DNA of 64,000 nucleotides from the NCBI GenBank assembly GCA_963693365.1, contig CAVNZM010000003.1, positions 12,801,252 to 12,865,251 of the forward strand. Reading direction: 5' to 3'. The stretch comes from Amoebidium appalachense. Taxonomy: Eukaryota > Protista > Ichthyosporea. This document shows, piece after piece, positions 28,901 through 42,478 of the stretch (the first letter of the stretch is position 1; the number at the start of each line of letters is the position of its first letter). Position numbers and translations under genes: made by a program. The notes beneath the pieces were generated by a model. The model was not told the DNA's origin. It ran no database searches and saw only the letters and a program-made list of their open reading frames with translations.

Positions 28901-29692
28901 GTAATCGTGTTGTATCGGCTTTAATCGTGTATTGTAATATCGATTAGAATATTTATATGTGTGTACACGGATCCACCCACTCAGGGAGAGACGTGTACAT
29001 GTTCGTGTGTACATAAATATCTCTGGTTATAGTTATGCTATTACTATCTTGTTTGTTGATCTGTGCTCTCTTTTCCTTCCTCTTTCTCCTTCCTTATTTT
29101 CTTTTCTTTCTCTCCTTGTCTTCATGTGTATAATCGTATTTCTTTTCTACTAATATATGTTAGGTAGATTTGTGTTACTTAATACGTGTTCATTGGACGG
29201 TAACACACTTAGGCTACACTTAGAATAGCATGTGTGTTTAGACTTCATTAATTCACTTTAGTTTTCATGTGTTGCCGGGCTTTAACCAATCATCAAGGTT
29301 AAGTGTGATATGTCTGAGTCTTTGCAGTATGTCATAGGTTAGAACTTCCTTGATGATGACACGAGTTGATCCTAACTAGTGTCTGTGTCCTATCGTGTAC
29401 GCCTCCGCGTACCGGATCTCTCTGAAAGCAATTGGTTCTTAGTGATTGGTTTCTATTAGAGATGGATCTGATTTCCGACTGGTCGGAAATCATGTATGGA
29501 TTGGACTTAGAGGAATTTCAGGTATTTATTCGAAGATCAGAATAAATTCAGTTCAGTCGTGTCTAAACATTGATGTCTGTTGTGTACACTGCTCCGATCG
29601 TTCCGTGTTTTGTTGTTGTGTGTGTCTGTGGTGTTTTCACACTGCACCACTGTGTCTCTGCTTACATCCCAAATACTAATAGAAATTTAACA
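22965..29692 (+). mobile_element. Full-length Copia/Ty1 LTR retrotransposon
   Basis: 926-bp LTRs at 22965-23890 and 28767-29692, apparently identical by eye; TSD GTTCG; PBS GGTTATGCAGCCC; PPT AAGTGGGGA. Confidence 0.96.
23953..28360 (+). CDS. Copia gag-pol polyprotein (one frameshift in a poly-C run near 26515)
   Basis: CSYCHEPDHTIIDC, protease WDSGC, IWHHRLGH, integrase WHWDFF/FDSGSEF/NGYVERRMR, RT QLDVSTAFLN and YVDD, RNase H YTDADFA...ADILTKPL. Confidence 0.93.
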
Positions 29693-29697
29693 GTTCG

Positions 29698-32600
29698 AGC
29701 TGGCAGCCCACGCGGTGGACGTCAACATGAACGACGGCAAAAAGCTCAAACACGGGCGCCGACTGTTCAGCGAAGCCGGCACCGACTGCGCCAACTTTGC
29801 CCTGCTGTGGCAGACATGGGCGCAAGCACGTTCGATGCTTCTCAACCCGGAGCTGACCGCACACCTTCCGGGCGTGGGCAATGCGTTCGCCCGTCCCACC
29901 GGCGCCGCCCCGGCACTGTTTAACGTCAACACTAACCCAACCTCCAACCATACCACCCACCCCCACTACCCTCCTCCCACCAACCCGACCTACCACCCCC
30001 CAAAAACCAACCCCTACCATCTCCTTCCCCCTCCACCGGCCCCCAACAGCACGCCCCCCTTCCCCTACCAGACCTACCCTCACTTCCCCCAGTACCCCAC
30101 CTACCCCCCCACTTTCAACGTCCAAACCCCTCTCCTTCCCCCCCCCCAACCAGGCCCACCCTACTCGAGCACTTGGAGGTCGCCCCCCTTGCAGCATCTG
30201 TCTCGGGCGCGGCCAGACTAAGAGGGCCGAAAGGCACGTTGACGCCAACCACTACGACTGCGAGCGGTGCCTCACTCAGCACAGCCGCAACTATGCTGGA
30301 TGTCCGGGACACCCCGACCACGACCCCAAACGTTGGCCGGTCGTGCGCCACACGACAACCCGCGAAAACCCGAACCCCTACCCCCCTCGTGCACCCCACC
30401 GCACACTTCCTGCCCTGCCCGCACCTGAAGACAACGAGCTGGCGTCCCTTCGGCGCGAAATGCGCAACCTCCAACACGACCGAGACCAAGCAGTGCGCAA
30501 CCACCAACAGGACCTTTTGGCTCAACTGCAGGCGGAGCGTGAAAGGGGGGGCGCCTTGAGCGCCTTTTGGCTGAGCGCAGCGACCCCCAGCGTATGGTGC
30601 CCATGATCCCGGGACCCCATGGCCCACCCCCCCCCTCCGCCGGGCTTTTCCCCCGTTGCCCCTGGGGCTACACCCGACCAGCATGGACAGCACCGTGGCT
30701 GTATGTTCCCCCCCACCCCCCATCCCCCCCATCCCCCCACAGCATCCACAGATACCACAGGAGTTGAGCCGCAGGTGCGCCTACCCCCAACCCCTCTACC
30801 TCCCCGGTACCCAACACACACTCACAACCTCCCCATTCCAGCCCCCCTCCCACCCCCACCTCCACCCCCACCAGCTCGCTCCCACCTCCCCCATTCCCGC
30901 CCTCGCATCTCGAAAGCCAACCATAACCCCTGCAACGAAGGAGCTTATCCCACCCATGACCTCATCACCAACGTCTCCCTCCCCCCTCTCAAAGACCCCA
31001 ATGACCCCACCTCTGAATATGATTGGACGGCATGGGAAGAAGTGGAACTAAATAAACCCTCCTCCATCACCACCCCCACTTTCATAAATGTTCACACACA
31101 CACCCTCCCCCTCCGCTCGATCATGGATTTAGGTGCTGCTATATCTGTGATGCCTCTCTCAACCCTCCAAACCCTCAACCGCGACCACCACCATCCCATG
31201 CATCTTACACCAGCCCGATTCACAACTGCACTCTCTGCCAACAACACCCCCTTCACCCTGCTCGGCACAACCATTCTCCCCATCTCCCTCACCAACACAC
31301 CCATTACTCTCAAACACCGCGTTTATGTCACCCCTGATCTCGCTGTCCCCCTCATCCTTGGCACAGACTTCTGGAATCGCTTCCTTGCACGCGGCATACA
31401 CACACGCATAGAACTTGAAGATTTCTCCTCATTCCATCTCTTCCTCCCTGCCGGCACCACCTACTCTATTTCCATCTCTCTCGCACCTGCATCGTGCAAT
31501 TTCACCAAGCTCTCCATCCCCCCCGTCTCCTCCGCTGCCATCCATGCTGGGCTCCAACACACGCACGCCCCTCCCCCCCCCCACAACCCCTCCTCCCGCA
31601 CCCCCTGTCGCCACCCCCGATGCCAGGTCACCCAACCCCCGCCCGACCAATAACCAAGATCCCCAAAGCCTTAACATGCCTACCACCAACATCAATATTC
31701 AAAATCGCATGTCCAACATCGATATCCAAAATCGCATGTCCATGTCCAACATCAATATCCAAAATCGCATGCCCAACATCCACATTCAACACCAGAACGA
31801 TCCATTTACCAACCCACCCCCTCTGGCCCCTCCCCCCCCCCGCCCCCCACACAGAAAGCCATGCACGTGCCTGCTAGCCCACCCTCTGTGTCTGCGCCAC
31901 TCGCCTCTGCACCGTGTCCTGTGTCGTCATCTTCTCCCGCCCCGTGTATTGCGTCTTCGCCTGCTTCGACCCCATCGTCTGCTTCTGCAAACACAAATCA
32001 GAATAAATTACGCACTTTGGCTGATATGTACCTGGTGTATACGCGTTGTGCAATAACATTACCTCCTCGGTCTACCGTACATGTCCCATGCCTCACCCCA
32101 CCCCTCCACCCCGATCACCGCCAGCATGATGTTGTTGCACAGACGACTCCCCTCTCCCCATACAACCATATTGTGCTCCCCCGCATCTTGCTTTCCCTCC
32201 ACCCCCACCAACACCAAATTCTCCCCATCTCCAACCCCACCCCACAGCCCATCTCTCTCTCGTGTCGCACAGTTGTTGCTTGTATCCCATTCGTCGACAT
32301 CCACCCCCCCAACACCTTGGAAGTAACCCCCTTGGATGTTTCAGACTTCCTCCCCCCCACACCCCCAGCCTCATCACCCCCACCGCCCCCTCCCACTCAA
32401 GCTTCATCACCCCCACCGCCCTCGCCCACAGCCCCACCCACTAGTGGCCCCAACCCCCCACCCGTACCCCCTTCCTTTCCATCCGAGTCCTCCTTCTCAC
32501 GTAAACCCCCTACACCCACCGTTGCACACGCCCCCCAACCTCCCACCCCCTTCCAACAAAAATACTTTACCACCTACACCATGCCCCCAACCTCATACGA

Positions 32601-35600
32601 AAACCCCCACCCCTACCCTTCCTCCCACACACCCCATACTAGACGTCTGCACACCACCACACACCCTGGTCCCACGTTCCCCCCACCTCTCCCCACCCAC
32701 CTCCCCCGGCCCTTCCCTCCCCCCACAGCAGCCCCCCCCCCGGCCCCACTCCCCTCATCACACCGTCCCCCTCCCCCCCAACCCCTCCCATGGTGGCCAC
32801 ACTACCTACTACACCTACATCGATATCCACACAGCCAATATCAACATCCACATCCCCAACACCTAAATTCCCCCCGACATCCACATCCATAACGCCTCTG
32901 ACATCTACTAACTGGGAATCGAACATGCCTAACCCACTAACCAACTCGAACCCCCAACCCCCATCATCAGACCAACAACCCCTCCCACCCCCTTCGTCTC
33001 CCTCCCCCCTCCATGTCCACTCCCAAGATGATGATATGCTAGAATATGCGAACGGTTGGCCAGAAGATATCCTTAGCAAGAAGATAGCAGATATCAAGTC
33101 TACCTCGCAGTATGCCCACCTCACCCCACTACAAAAACAGTCCCTAATCGACCTCCTCTTTAAACACCGTCCACGCACAGAGCTAATTTGCCGGCAGCAT
33201 GCATAACCTAGGTATAGTACACCGCATTAACACCGGTAATGCCCAGCCAATCTTTCACTATCCTGGCAGGCAAGGCCCCCCTGAACGCGATCTTACAGAA
33301 ACCGAGGTAAAAAAGCTGTTAGACATTCGCGCAATTAGACCCGGAACAGGCCCGTGGGCCTCGCGTGTGGTGTTAGTCAAAAAACCGAACGGTAGCGTGC
33401 ACATAACATGTGACTACAGAAAACTCAACCAAATCACTGAGCGTGACGTCTACTAGCTCTACCCCACATCGACGACTGTTTTAATGCTCTCTACAAGGCG
33501 AAATATTTCTCCGCGGTCGACCTCTCTTCCGGGTTTTTCCAAATCCCTATGGCCGAAGAAGATATTCCAAAAACAGCATTCAACACTTGGTCTGGGTTAT
33601 ACGAATGGCTCTGCATGCTCATGGGTGTCACAAACGGTCCCGCTACCTTCCAACGCGCTATGTCTCTCGTAATGCAGGGCTTCACTGGGGATTTTGTGCT
33701 TTGCTACCTAGATGATTGCCTCATCTTTTCACGGACTTGGGATGACCACCTCATTCACTTAGATAAAGTGTTTGCGCGCTTCAATCAACACGGCTGTGTC
33801 CTCAATCTCGAAAAATCTCATTTTGCCCAGCTGGAGATTAAGTTTTTAGGCCACAAAGTCTCCGAAGCAGGTATTCAACCCGACACCTCAAAAGTAGAGG
33901 CCATCAAGAACTGGCCGGCCCCACACACAGTCAAAGAGGTCCAATCATTTTTAGGCATCGTGGGATATTATCGCAAATTCGTTCGCAATTTCACGGTTAT
34001 TGCTAAGCCTTTGCGCGACCTCACCCTCGTTGGCTCACATTACGATTGGACCCCCACTCGCCAGACAGCTCGAATATCTCCGCGATCGATTAGTTTCACA
34101 GCCTATCCTCGCCCACCCCGACTTCTCTCAGCCTTTTATCCTTGAAACGGACGCAAGCGTAGATGGACTAGGGACTGTACTCAAACAAATACAAGATGGG
34201 CAGGAAGTCATCATCTCGTACGCTAGTCGCGCTCTTCACAATGAACAAAAACGCTATTGCATCACCGATCTAGAAGGGCTAGCCATGGTATGGGCTGTAC
34301 AACCCCACCGCCCCTCCTCTGGGGTCGCCGGTTCACCCTAGTCACCGATCATTCAGCCCTCAAAGCCATCCTCTCAGTCACCAAAAACAAACCAAACGGT
34401 CGACTAGAGCGGTGGGCCCTAATCCTACAGGAATATGATTTCGATATCCAACACCGTCCTGGCCTCCAGCACGCACTTGCCGATATGCTTTCCCGATATC
34501 ACCCCCTCCCATATACCTCTGATCCCCGCCTAGTTACCCCTCCAGCTGCGGGCACCCCCTTAGTAGCTACCGCCTTCCCTCTCCCCATGCCACAGCTCCC
34601 CCCGACCCCCATCATTCCCATCCAGGAATGTGGGGGGTCCAGCCTACTCACCCACAACCAGCTACACCATTCCCCCTCAGACGACTACATATGCTCACAC
34701 CTCCACCCACCCTCATACTGTGTCGCCCCCAGGTCTAAGGTAACTTCACAAAGGCTTATCTCACCCTTTCTCCCCCCCATGTCGGCCCCCGCTCCCCCCC
34801 TCCCCCGCTCCCACAACCCTCCTCCCATCAGCTCCTGTTCTGACCCTCCCTACAACCCCCTTCACACCCAACCTCCCGGGCCACACAACCCTCCCCTCCA
34901 ACACCGACTACCTCCGTCCCTACTACAGCTTCCTCCCTCAAATCATCCCCCTCAACCCCACTGAAATAACCCAACAACAACGCCTCGATCCAGACCTCTC
35001 TCCCATCATCACCTTTCTGGAAACCAACACCCTCCCTAACAACAATACTCTCGCCCGCCGCATCCTTTTAGAGAAGGATTCCTTCCGCATGCATAATGGC
35101 ACCCTTTACCACATTTATGTTCCCACACGCAAAGGCATGCGCACAAGGGACACATACACTATCTGCATTCCTTCCGGCTTGAAGCAGCAAGTGCTGGATG
35201 CTTGCCACAACAGCGTATTTGCGGGCCACCTCGGCACCGCCAAGATCTATCTGCTCATCCGTGAAAGGTATTGGTGGCCCAACATGTACTCGGATGTGTA
35301 TCACTGGGTGTCCGCATGCACTCAATGCCAAAAGTTCAAAGCCCCCCCTACCGAGGCTCCCACGTGCACCTCCCAGTGGCACCCCTTCCATCCCCTCCCA
35401 ACCGTGGCAAGACATCACGCTCGACCTTATTGTTGACCTTCCCGTCACCTTCAATGGTCATAGACATATTCTGGTGGTCATTTGCAATTTCACGCACTGG
35501 GTAGAGGCATTCCCGCTTAGGGATAAAACCGCGCGCACCATAGCTGATGCAATCGTTAATCGTGTGTTTGCCCATCACGGCTTTGCCACCACAGTGCGCA

Positions 35601-35684
35601 CCGATGCCGAGTCCACCCTCACGAGTGCTGTTCTCTTTGAGCTGTGTTACCTGTTAGGCATCAAACACCTCGTCTCCTCCCCCC
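29698..35684 (+). pseudogene. Gypsy gag 3' part and pol (protease, RT, RNase H, integrase N-half), multiply frameshifted
   Basis: IMDLGAAISV...LILGTDF protease; DYRKLN, KTAF, PATFQR, YLDD RT; ETDAS and TDHSAL RNase H; GHLG...YWWP...CTQCQ and ITLDL integrase. Confidence 0.9.
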
Positions 35685-35696
35685 TGAAAACCAGGG

Positions 35697-38600
35697 TGTG
35701 TATACACTAATACTATGCCCTAGTTAACATATGCAGGCTAGGAGAAGCACGTAAGTATAGAGACAAGAAAGCGGGTGCTACAGCTAGTCTGACACCGCAC
35801 GACTAGTGTAACGTTTACTCGGACACACAGCCCCGCCCAAGTGACCCAAGTCTGGAATGTACCAGCCTTTTATAGTCCCTTGGTTTCCGCCGGTCCGGAG
35901 AGCACTGCTCGCACACTTTTGTAAGGCGACAGCCAATAGGCATGTGGCCCTACTTAAAATAAAGTACATGACATATACATGAGTACATGAGCTTCTCCTG
36001 GGTGATCATAATCTAGCTTCAAGTTATACTACAGTGCTACATGTGTATGTCTAGTGCCCAATAAAGTGTCTACGGCACACAGTGTGTGCCGTACACCTAA
36101 GATACATGCTGGCAAAGTGTTCACGTTCTTTGCATCGCTCCTAACTGCATACTTGAGGTGCAGAGCAACTGCCCTAATAAGGAATACAGCTAAAAGTGAT
36201 GCAGCCGATTGGTAGCTGCTTCCGAGGCTCTATTCCAGCCTCTGGCGAGAAGACACAAAGGCACGTAGACTGGTTGTGGGGGAACAGCACGGTGTGCACG
36301 TGAATGTACACAACCATGTCTACACCCCCCCCTCCCTAGGGGCAACGAAGGGCAACTGCACCGAGTGCCCACATGCCCTGCCCTTAAGGGGGATCAACCT
36401 TTACGTCTGTTTGCGCACATGCTGTTGGGTGTCCTTGCGCTGATTTTTGATTGGCTCCTCACTGGGGGGCCGAATCACTTGCTGCAAATAATCAGCTAAG
36501 GCACCCGAGGCCGACTCAGACAAGTTTGCATGTGACTCCCACGAATCCGGGTGGCCTTAAACCCCTTCCAGCGAACTTTGTAGAGGGCGCGACCATTTTC
36601 CCATTCATGGTCAATAATCTTGGCCAATTCCGCGGTCACAGCGTCACCTGCCACACGGGACTCAGGTAGTGGGGTAGGGGGTCCATCGGTGCGGGGTACA
36701 TAGGGTTTAAGGAAACGAGCGTGCGAACGCTCCACATCCTGTGTCCCCACCCGCTGAATATCGTAGGTAAGTGGCGCGACTTTGCGCAAAACCCGGTAGG
36801 GCCCCACCCACTTGTCCCGTAGGCTAGCAGCCTCATACAGCTGGTTACCATCACCATCAACCACCTTCTTGTTGTTAAGGGTGTTGTCGAGCTTGGGCAC
36901 CAAATCTGCCAAATCGGGAACAGGCCGCGCCTTCTGATTGGCTGATTTGCGGTGCCGATCTTGCTTGGTAACCATACGTGCACGAACCACATCGCGCGCG
37001 TAGGTCAATCGCTCCCAGAGTGCATACCGATGCTCCTTAGTGGCGCCGCTGTACTCGGGGCCCAGTTTCTCCACAAAGGGGTCACGGGGGTCCCGGCCAT
37101 ACAAAAGGAAGAAAGGACTGTCGCCCAGTGCGGAGTGCATAGCCGTGTGGTACTGTGTAGTAGGCAAACAGCACCTGGGGCAAAAACGTGTCCCACTCCG
37201 TTAACTGATCTGTAGCCACTTGCGCAAGAATACTCTTAAGGGTGCGATTGAACCGTTCAACCAGCCCATTTGTCTGGGGGGAGTAGGGTGATGCGAGGAT
37301 CTGGCGACTAGTTAGGAGGGTTAACACATCCTTAACCAGCTGCGCAGAAATATTCGACCCATTATCCGACAGCACACACTCGGGTGGTCCGTGTCGCGCG
37401 AAAACGTAGTCGTGGAAAGCATTGGCGATATCCTCTGCGGTGGGTGGATGATCAAACAGCACCAACTCAGCCCACCGTGTGAACATGTCTATGAACACAA
37501 GGATATACTGCTTCCCGCTCTTCGCTGGTGGCAAGACGGTCACATCCATGGCCACATACTGAAAGGGGTACTGCGGTGCGAAACCGCGCTGCACGGGCAA
37601 GCGGCCCTGCAAGCGTGGCGTTTTGCGCCGCTGGCACCTATCGCACGAATTCACATACCGCACGACCTGATGCCACATCCCCGGCCACCAAAACGAAGAC
37701 CAAATGCGATGAAACGTGCGCTGGCCCGGCTGTGGGGGCATCGTGGCAAGCCGCAAGAATCTGTGCCCTTAAAGACTCGGGGACCCAGACCTGTGGCAGC
37801 AGCGTAGGGCGACGAGTCGCACGCTGCTCCGGTGTTCCACACATACACCACCCCCTTATGAACCGTGCATCTGCTTGCCTCTAAAGCAACACTTCCATCC
37901 ACCTGTGCCGGCGCGGTGGGGTTGCTGAGGTAATCACGAATACTGCACAAAAACGGATCTGCATTTTGCGCTGCCTTAATTTCCTCCACAGTAGGCATAC
38001 CCGGAAACTGTGGGATAGTAAGCGCGCGTAACTCGCGGGAAGTATTCACCTTCAACCCATGGGTATGATCACGTGCAGCATCAGAGATATGCTCAGCCAG
38101 AGGGGGGGTGGGGGTGGGGTTGGCAGTGGCATGCGCACCCTCCCCCGGTCCACCCTTAACCCCTGACGTGCGCTTGCGCTTCTGCGTGCGTGCCGCTGAC
38201 GCGGGTTTGTGGGTGGGTGCATCAGCACCACCGTCCGCACGTGCCCGCCCACGCGTCACCACGAGCGCAGGAAACACAACGGTGTCTGGCACAAAATCAC
38301 TGTGGTCATCTCCGTGCACACACCCAATCAGCGAAGGAAAAGTCAGATCCGGATCATCTTCGCTGGGCACCAAATTCGCGCTGGAAGGCCGTGAAATGCC
38401 GTCTGCATTGCTGTGGTCCTTCCCAACACGATGGTGGATGTCATAGGTGTATGCAGACAGGGCCATCTGCCAGCCAGCAACAATGGGCTCGGGGGCATCC
38501 CCATTACCATATATGGAAGTCAGCGAAGAATGGTCTGTGCGCAAAATAAATGGCTTCCCGTAGGTATACTGATGAAAGGCTTTGCACACAGCCCAATAGA

Positions 38601-39862
38601 TGCCCAAGCTCTCTCTCTTGGTGGTGGAATAATTGCGCAACAGGGTGCTCCTGCCCGTCATCTCCCACCTGCGACAGCACCGCACCAAGCGCCACATTGC
38701 TAGCATCGGAGTCCACAATGAAAGGCTTGTCGAAGTTTGGATGAGCCAACACGGGGGCATGTGTGAGAGCATGCTTTAGGGCATCAAATGCACGTTGCTG
38801 CTCCTCACCCCACACAAAATAGGCATTTTTGCGCGTATTCGCACGTGTGCGCGAATTATTCGCTGGAATATTCGCATGAATATTCTCGCCCGGTGCGCTC
38901 ACCACAACCTCTGATTCGGCTTGCCCAATAACCTCTGTGCTTTCATCTGCTGCAGCAGTACGGGCTAGCCTAGCCTTCTCCTTGGCCGTGCCATTCCGCT
39001 TCCGTCGCGCACTAGATGTGGGGGGCTCATTCCCGTGAATCTTTTTGCGCAACTGCTTATCCTGTGGGCTATCACCCAACATGCGCGTTAGCGGCTCGGC
39101 CAGGTCACTCATATTCGGAACAAACCTTCTGTAATACGAAAACAGACCCAAATCACTCCTTCATTCGGACACAGAAGTGGGTGCCTGCTTATCGCGTATC
39201 ACAGCGATTTTCCCGTCATCAACCTTAATACCATCTCTGCCCACACGATGGCCTAAATACGCCACCTCTGTCCGGAAAAAGTGGCACTTGGACCCCTTTA
39301 GCTTAGACCAGCCGCGGACAGCCGCCTGAAAACTTCTTCTAGGAGGGTTAAGTGACTTTCCAAATCCGGGGTGAACAGAAGAAGGTCATCGATATACACA
39401 AGCAAGTGAACCCACAGCATGCTCGCGAATACGGTATTCATGGCGCGGCTGAATACAGACGGCATATTCGTAACCCCAAAGGGTGCGCGACAAAACTGAT
39501 AGTGACCCCACGGCGTAGTAAAAGCTAACTTAGGTCGTGTTTCTGGATCCACCTCAATTAAATTTTGGTGATAGCCGCCATAGAGGTCAAACACACTGAA
39601 CCAGTGCGCCCCACGCAACACATCGAGAGAAGTGTCTATGCGGGGTAGGGGGTAGCCATCCCTCACAGTGCATGAATTTATTTTCCGAAAATCCAGGCAC
39701 ACTCTTACGCTCCCATCCTTTTTACGCACTAAGACCATGGGTGCAGAGTAGGGAGAGGTGGAAGGCTCAATGACTCCCCCAGCCAACCATACTTGAAGTT
39801 GCTTCCACACTTGATCCCGGATATGGTGTGGAATTTTGTATGGAGGCCGATACTGTGGTTTC
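35697..39862 (-). mobile_element. 5'-truncated chromovirus (Gypsy with chromodomain): RT-RNase H-IN-CHD and one LTR
   Basis: DFRKIN/YIDD RT, DSDAS and TDHSSL, SDNGS/QTNGLVERFN integrase, chromodomain LAKIIDHEWENGRALYKVRWKGF; PPT AAGGGCAGGGCA; LTR 35697-36373 (TGTG...CACA). Confidence 0.9.
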
Positions 39863-39865
39863 CAC

Positions 39866-41115
39866 ACCCACCAGTCAGCTGGCCTTGTAGAGCGTGCAAA
39901 CAAAGACATCGTACACATCCTCCGCAACTACACCTCCACACACCATCAGGATTGGGATCTACACCTCCCCCTCACATGCTTCGCTCTCCGTGTAGCCCTT
40001 TATGATAGCGGTCTGGATTCCCCGTTCTTCCTCAACAAAGGCTATGAACCCCGCCTCCCCCAAGACAATGTCATGCACCTCGACCCCCCAACCCATGATC
40101 ATACACCCCGCTCAGACTACGCACGCTCACTCATCCTGCGCTTACGTGAAGCTCGTGACCTCGCCCGCACAGCCATTGCTCACGCACGCATGCGCTCGGC
40201 TGCTAACTACAAAACCCAGAATGTCCGTATATGGCAGCCAGGCCAGTTGGTCAGGGTCTATACCCCTAACACCACCACAGGACGTGCAAAGAAACTAACC
40301 CCACAGTGGGTTGGACCCTACCGCGTCTACAAGCAGAATTCGGCCCATACCTACATCCTGGTAAACACTAATGGTCGTCTACTCAAGCATGCTGCCCACC
40401 ACAACCGCATTGCCCCTTACACCATCCTAGACCCCATCACCCTACGCACTGCACCCCCCCCCAAACCCCCTTCCCCCCAGTGCTTCTGCCGAAGACCAGG
40501 CTGCTTTTGCACAACCCCTAGACCCCTTAGACCTGCCTGACAGCCTTTCCCCCCATACCCCACCCACGTCCCCTCCCACCAACTCCCCAAGCCCCCCCCC
40601 CGGGCCGCTTCCCCACCTGCCCCACCTGCACCAAACCCCCCAGCAACCACCACCACTACCCCCCCAGCAACCACCATCACTACCCCCACCCTCCCATCCC
40701 AGACACCCTTAACAACACCCACTCTCACCAACCACCCTCCCCCACCCGACACTTTACGCCTGTCTGATGTTGCATCCCCCCCAACCCCCTCAAACAAACG
40801 GACAGCCACCAAACCCCCGTCTTCCCCCCCCCCTCAAAGAAGCCCCTTCAATCTACCATCCCCACCATACCTTCTACACCTACTAGTACCCTTCCCCCCG
40901 CACCCCCAGACACAACCACCCCACCACCCCTGCACAGCCAACCTATACTCCAACCCCACATCCTACCTGCACGTATACTGACCCATAGGTATGATGGTGG
41001 GGGACAAAGTTTGCTGATGACCAAGTCTTCTGCCAGTGGCCAAACGGATTCATCTCGTGGTCCTGGACAGTACCCCACATCACTGCCTCCCCGGCATACA
41101 TCTCCTACTTCAAGA
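39866..41115 (+). pseudogene. Host Gypsy integrase C-half with a possible chromodomain remnant
   Basis: HQSAGLVERAN, SPFFL, KKLTPQWVGPY (GPY/F motif); ARILTHR...CQWPNGFISW across a frameshift at ~40970-41060. Confidence 0.8.
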
Positions 41116-41182
41116 ACCTCCCCGCCCCGCCTCCCTAAACCCCCACCCCCTCCCTCCCCCCCCCCCCCCACCACCATCACCA

Positions 41183-41274
<92 letters not shown>

Positions 41275-41314
41275 CCCCCCCCCACACACACACACAGACT
41301 GTCACGCACGCACG

Positions 41315-41369
<55 letters not shown>

Positions 41370-42036
41370 TTTTTTTATTATTATATTTTTTCATTTTTTT
41401 ATTTTTTTATTTTTATTTATTTTTATTTTTGTGTATTGTCCTGCTCGCTTGCATCCGCTTGTGCTGCTTTTCTTTGTACCCACGTGAGGACATCCTCAGA
41501 GGCACTGCAGCCCACCTACGTGCGGTCAGGGGTATGGTTTGGAGGTTTACCCAGCCCCTAGCAAATACACCCAACGCCCGCTCTCCACACCCTTACGTTA
41601 ACCTGCTGCACGCACCCACACTATACAGCCATTTCTTAGCCTCATGTGCGAGGACGCACACTATCCTTCTCTCGCTGGTTAGCCATGTGACGTAGAATAC
41701 CGACCACCCCTAGCAACCCTATATGTGAAGAACCCCCCCGGAACAGTAGAGCCCCCCCCGTCACAATAAAGACGGCAGTATAAAAGGGGGGGCCGGAGCC
41801 AGGAGCTTCAGTTTTTTCCTTCACACAAACACAAACCAAACTCGTGTCCCCGGTGTCGAGGCCATCCCGTTCATTACGTTGTTACACTTTCCCTAGCTTT
41901 TATTGGTTGCCGATGCTGTTGCAAGTTTTTGAATTCATGCTCGACAACAACTTGATTCATGATCAAAACGGACGAAACTTGCTGAATCCGCGAACACAAC
42001 AAGCCATGGGTTTCATGTAAAAGATGAGCGCCCAAC

Positions 42037-42297
42037 ATGGCCGAAACATTAGACCCCATAGAGCCACTTTATTCTGGAGCTCGTGTCTGTTGTTTTGCAT
42101 ACATATTTGACGGGGTTCAGGGGGAAGATTTCACAGATGACACCACATGTTGGTCTTATAAGAAGTTCGGCCTGAGCTGGGACACACAAATACTGGTAGG
42201 CACAGTAGTGAAACGATGCAAGGCAAACGAAGACAGTGAATGGAAAGTAAAGTTTGATTTTGACGGTACCACAGAAGTAGTTCTGCGCAATCACTGA
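42037..42297 (+). CDS. Small ORF resembling the N-terminal beta-barrel of some DNA transposases (truncated)
   Basis: GARVCC...WSYKKFGLSWDT.ILVGTVV...WKVKFD.DG is protein-like and non-repetitive; the family link is recollection and unverified. Confidence 0.4.
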   Translation: MAETLDPIEPLYSGARVCCFAYIFDGVQGEDFTDDTTCWSYKKFGLSWDTQILVGTVVKRCKANEDSEWKVKFDFDGTTEVVLRNH

Positions 42298-42478
42298 AAG
42301 ACACACGCGGTTTCATGGGGAAGGGTTTTGGGGGAGAGGGAGGGGAAAGTATGTGGGCACATGGGTTTGGGGGGAGGGAGGGGGAAAGGATTGTGTGGGC
42401 ACATGAAGTCTTCGCAAGGGCCATGCGGTAAGGGAAGCTAGAACAATGCATGGCTGCTCGGAGATGCCCTCTCACACA

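Larger units (their letters stand above)
14937..41886 (+). mobile_element. Gypsy/Ty3 LTR retrotransposon (~9 kb of own sequence) hosting nested insertions
   Basis: ~200-bp LTRs at 14937-15135 and 41686-41886 (TGTGAC...GTTACA), 4-bp TSD CTTT, PBS TGGTAACAGGG; gag, protease, RT, RNase H and integrase in Gypsy order between the LTRs. Confidence 0.9.
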
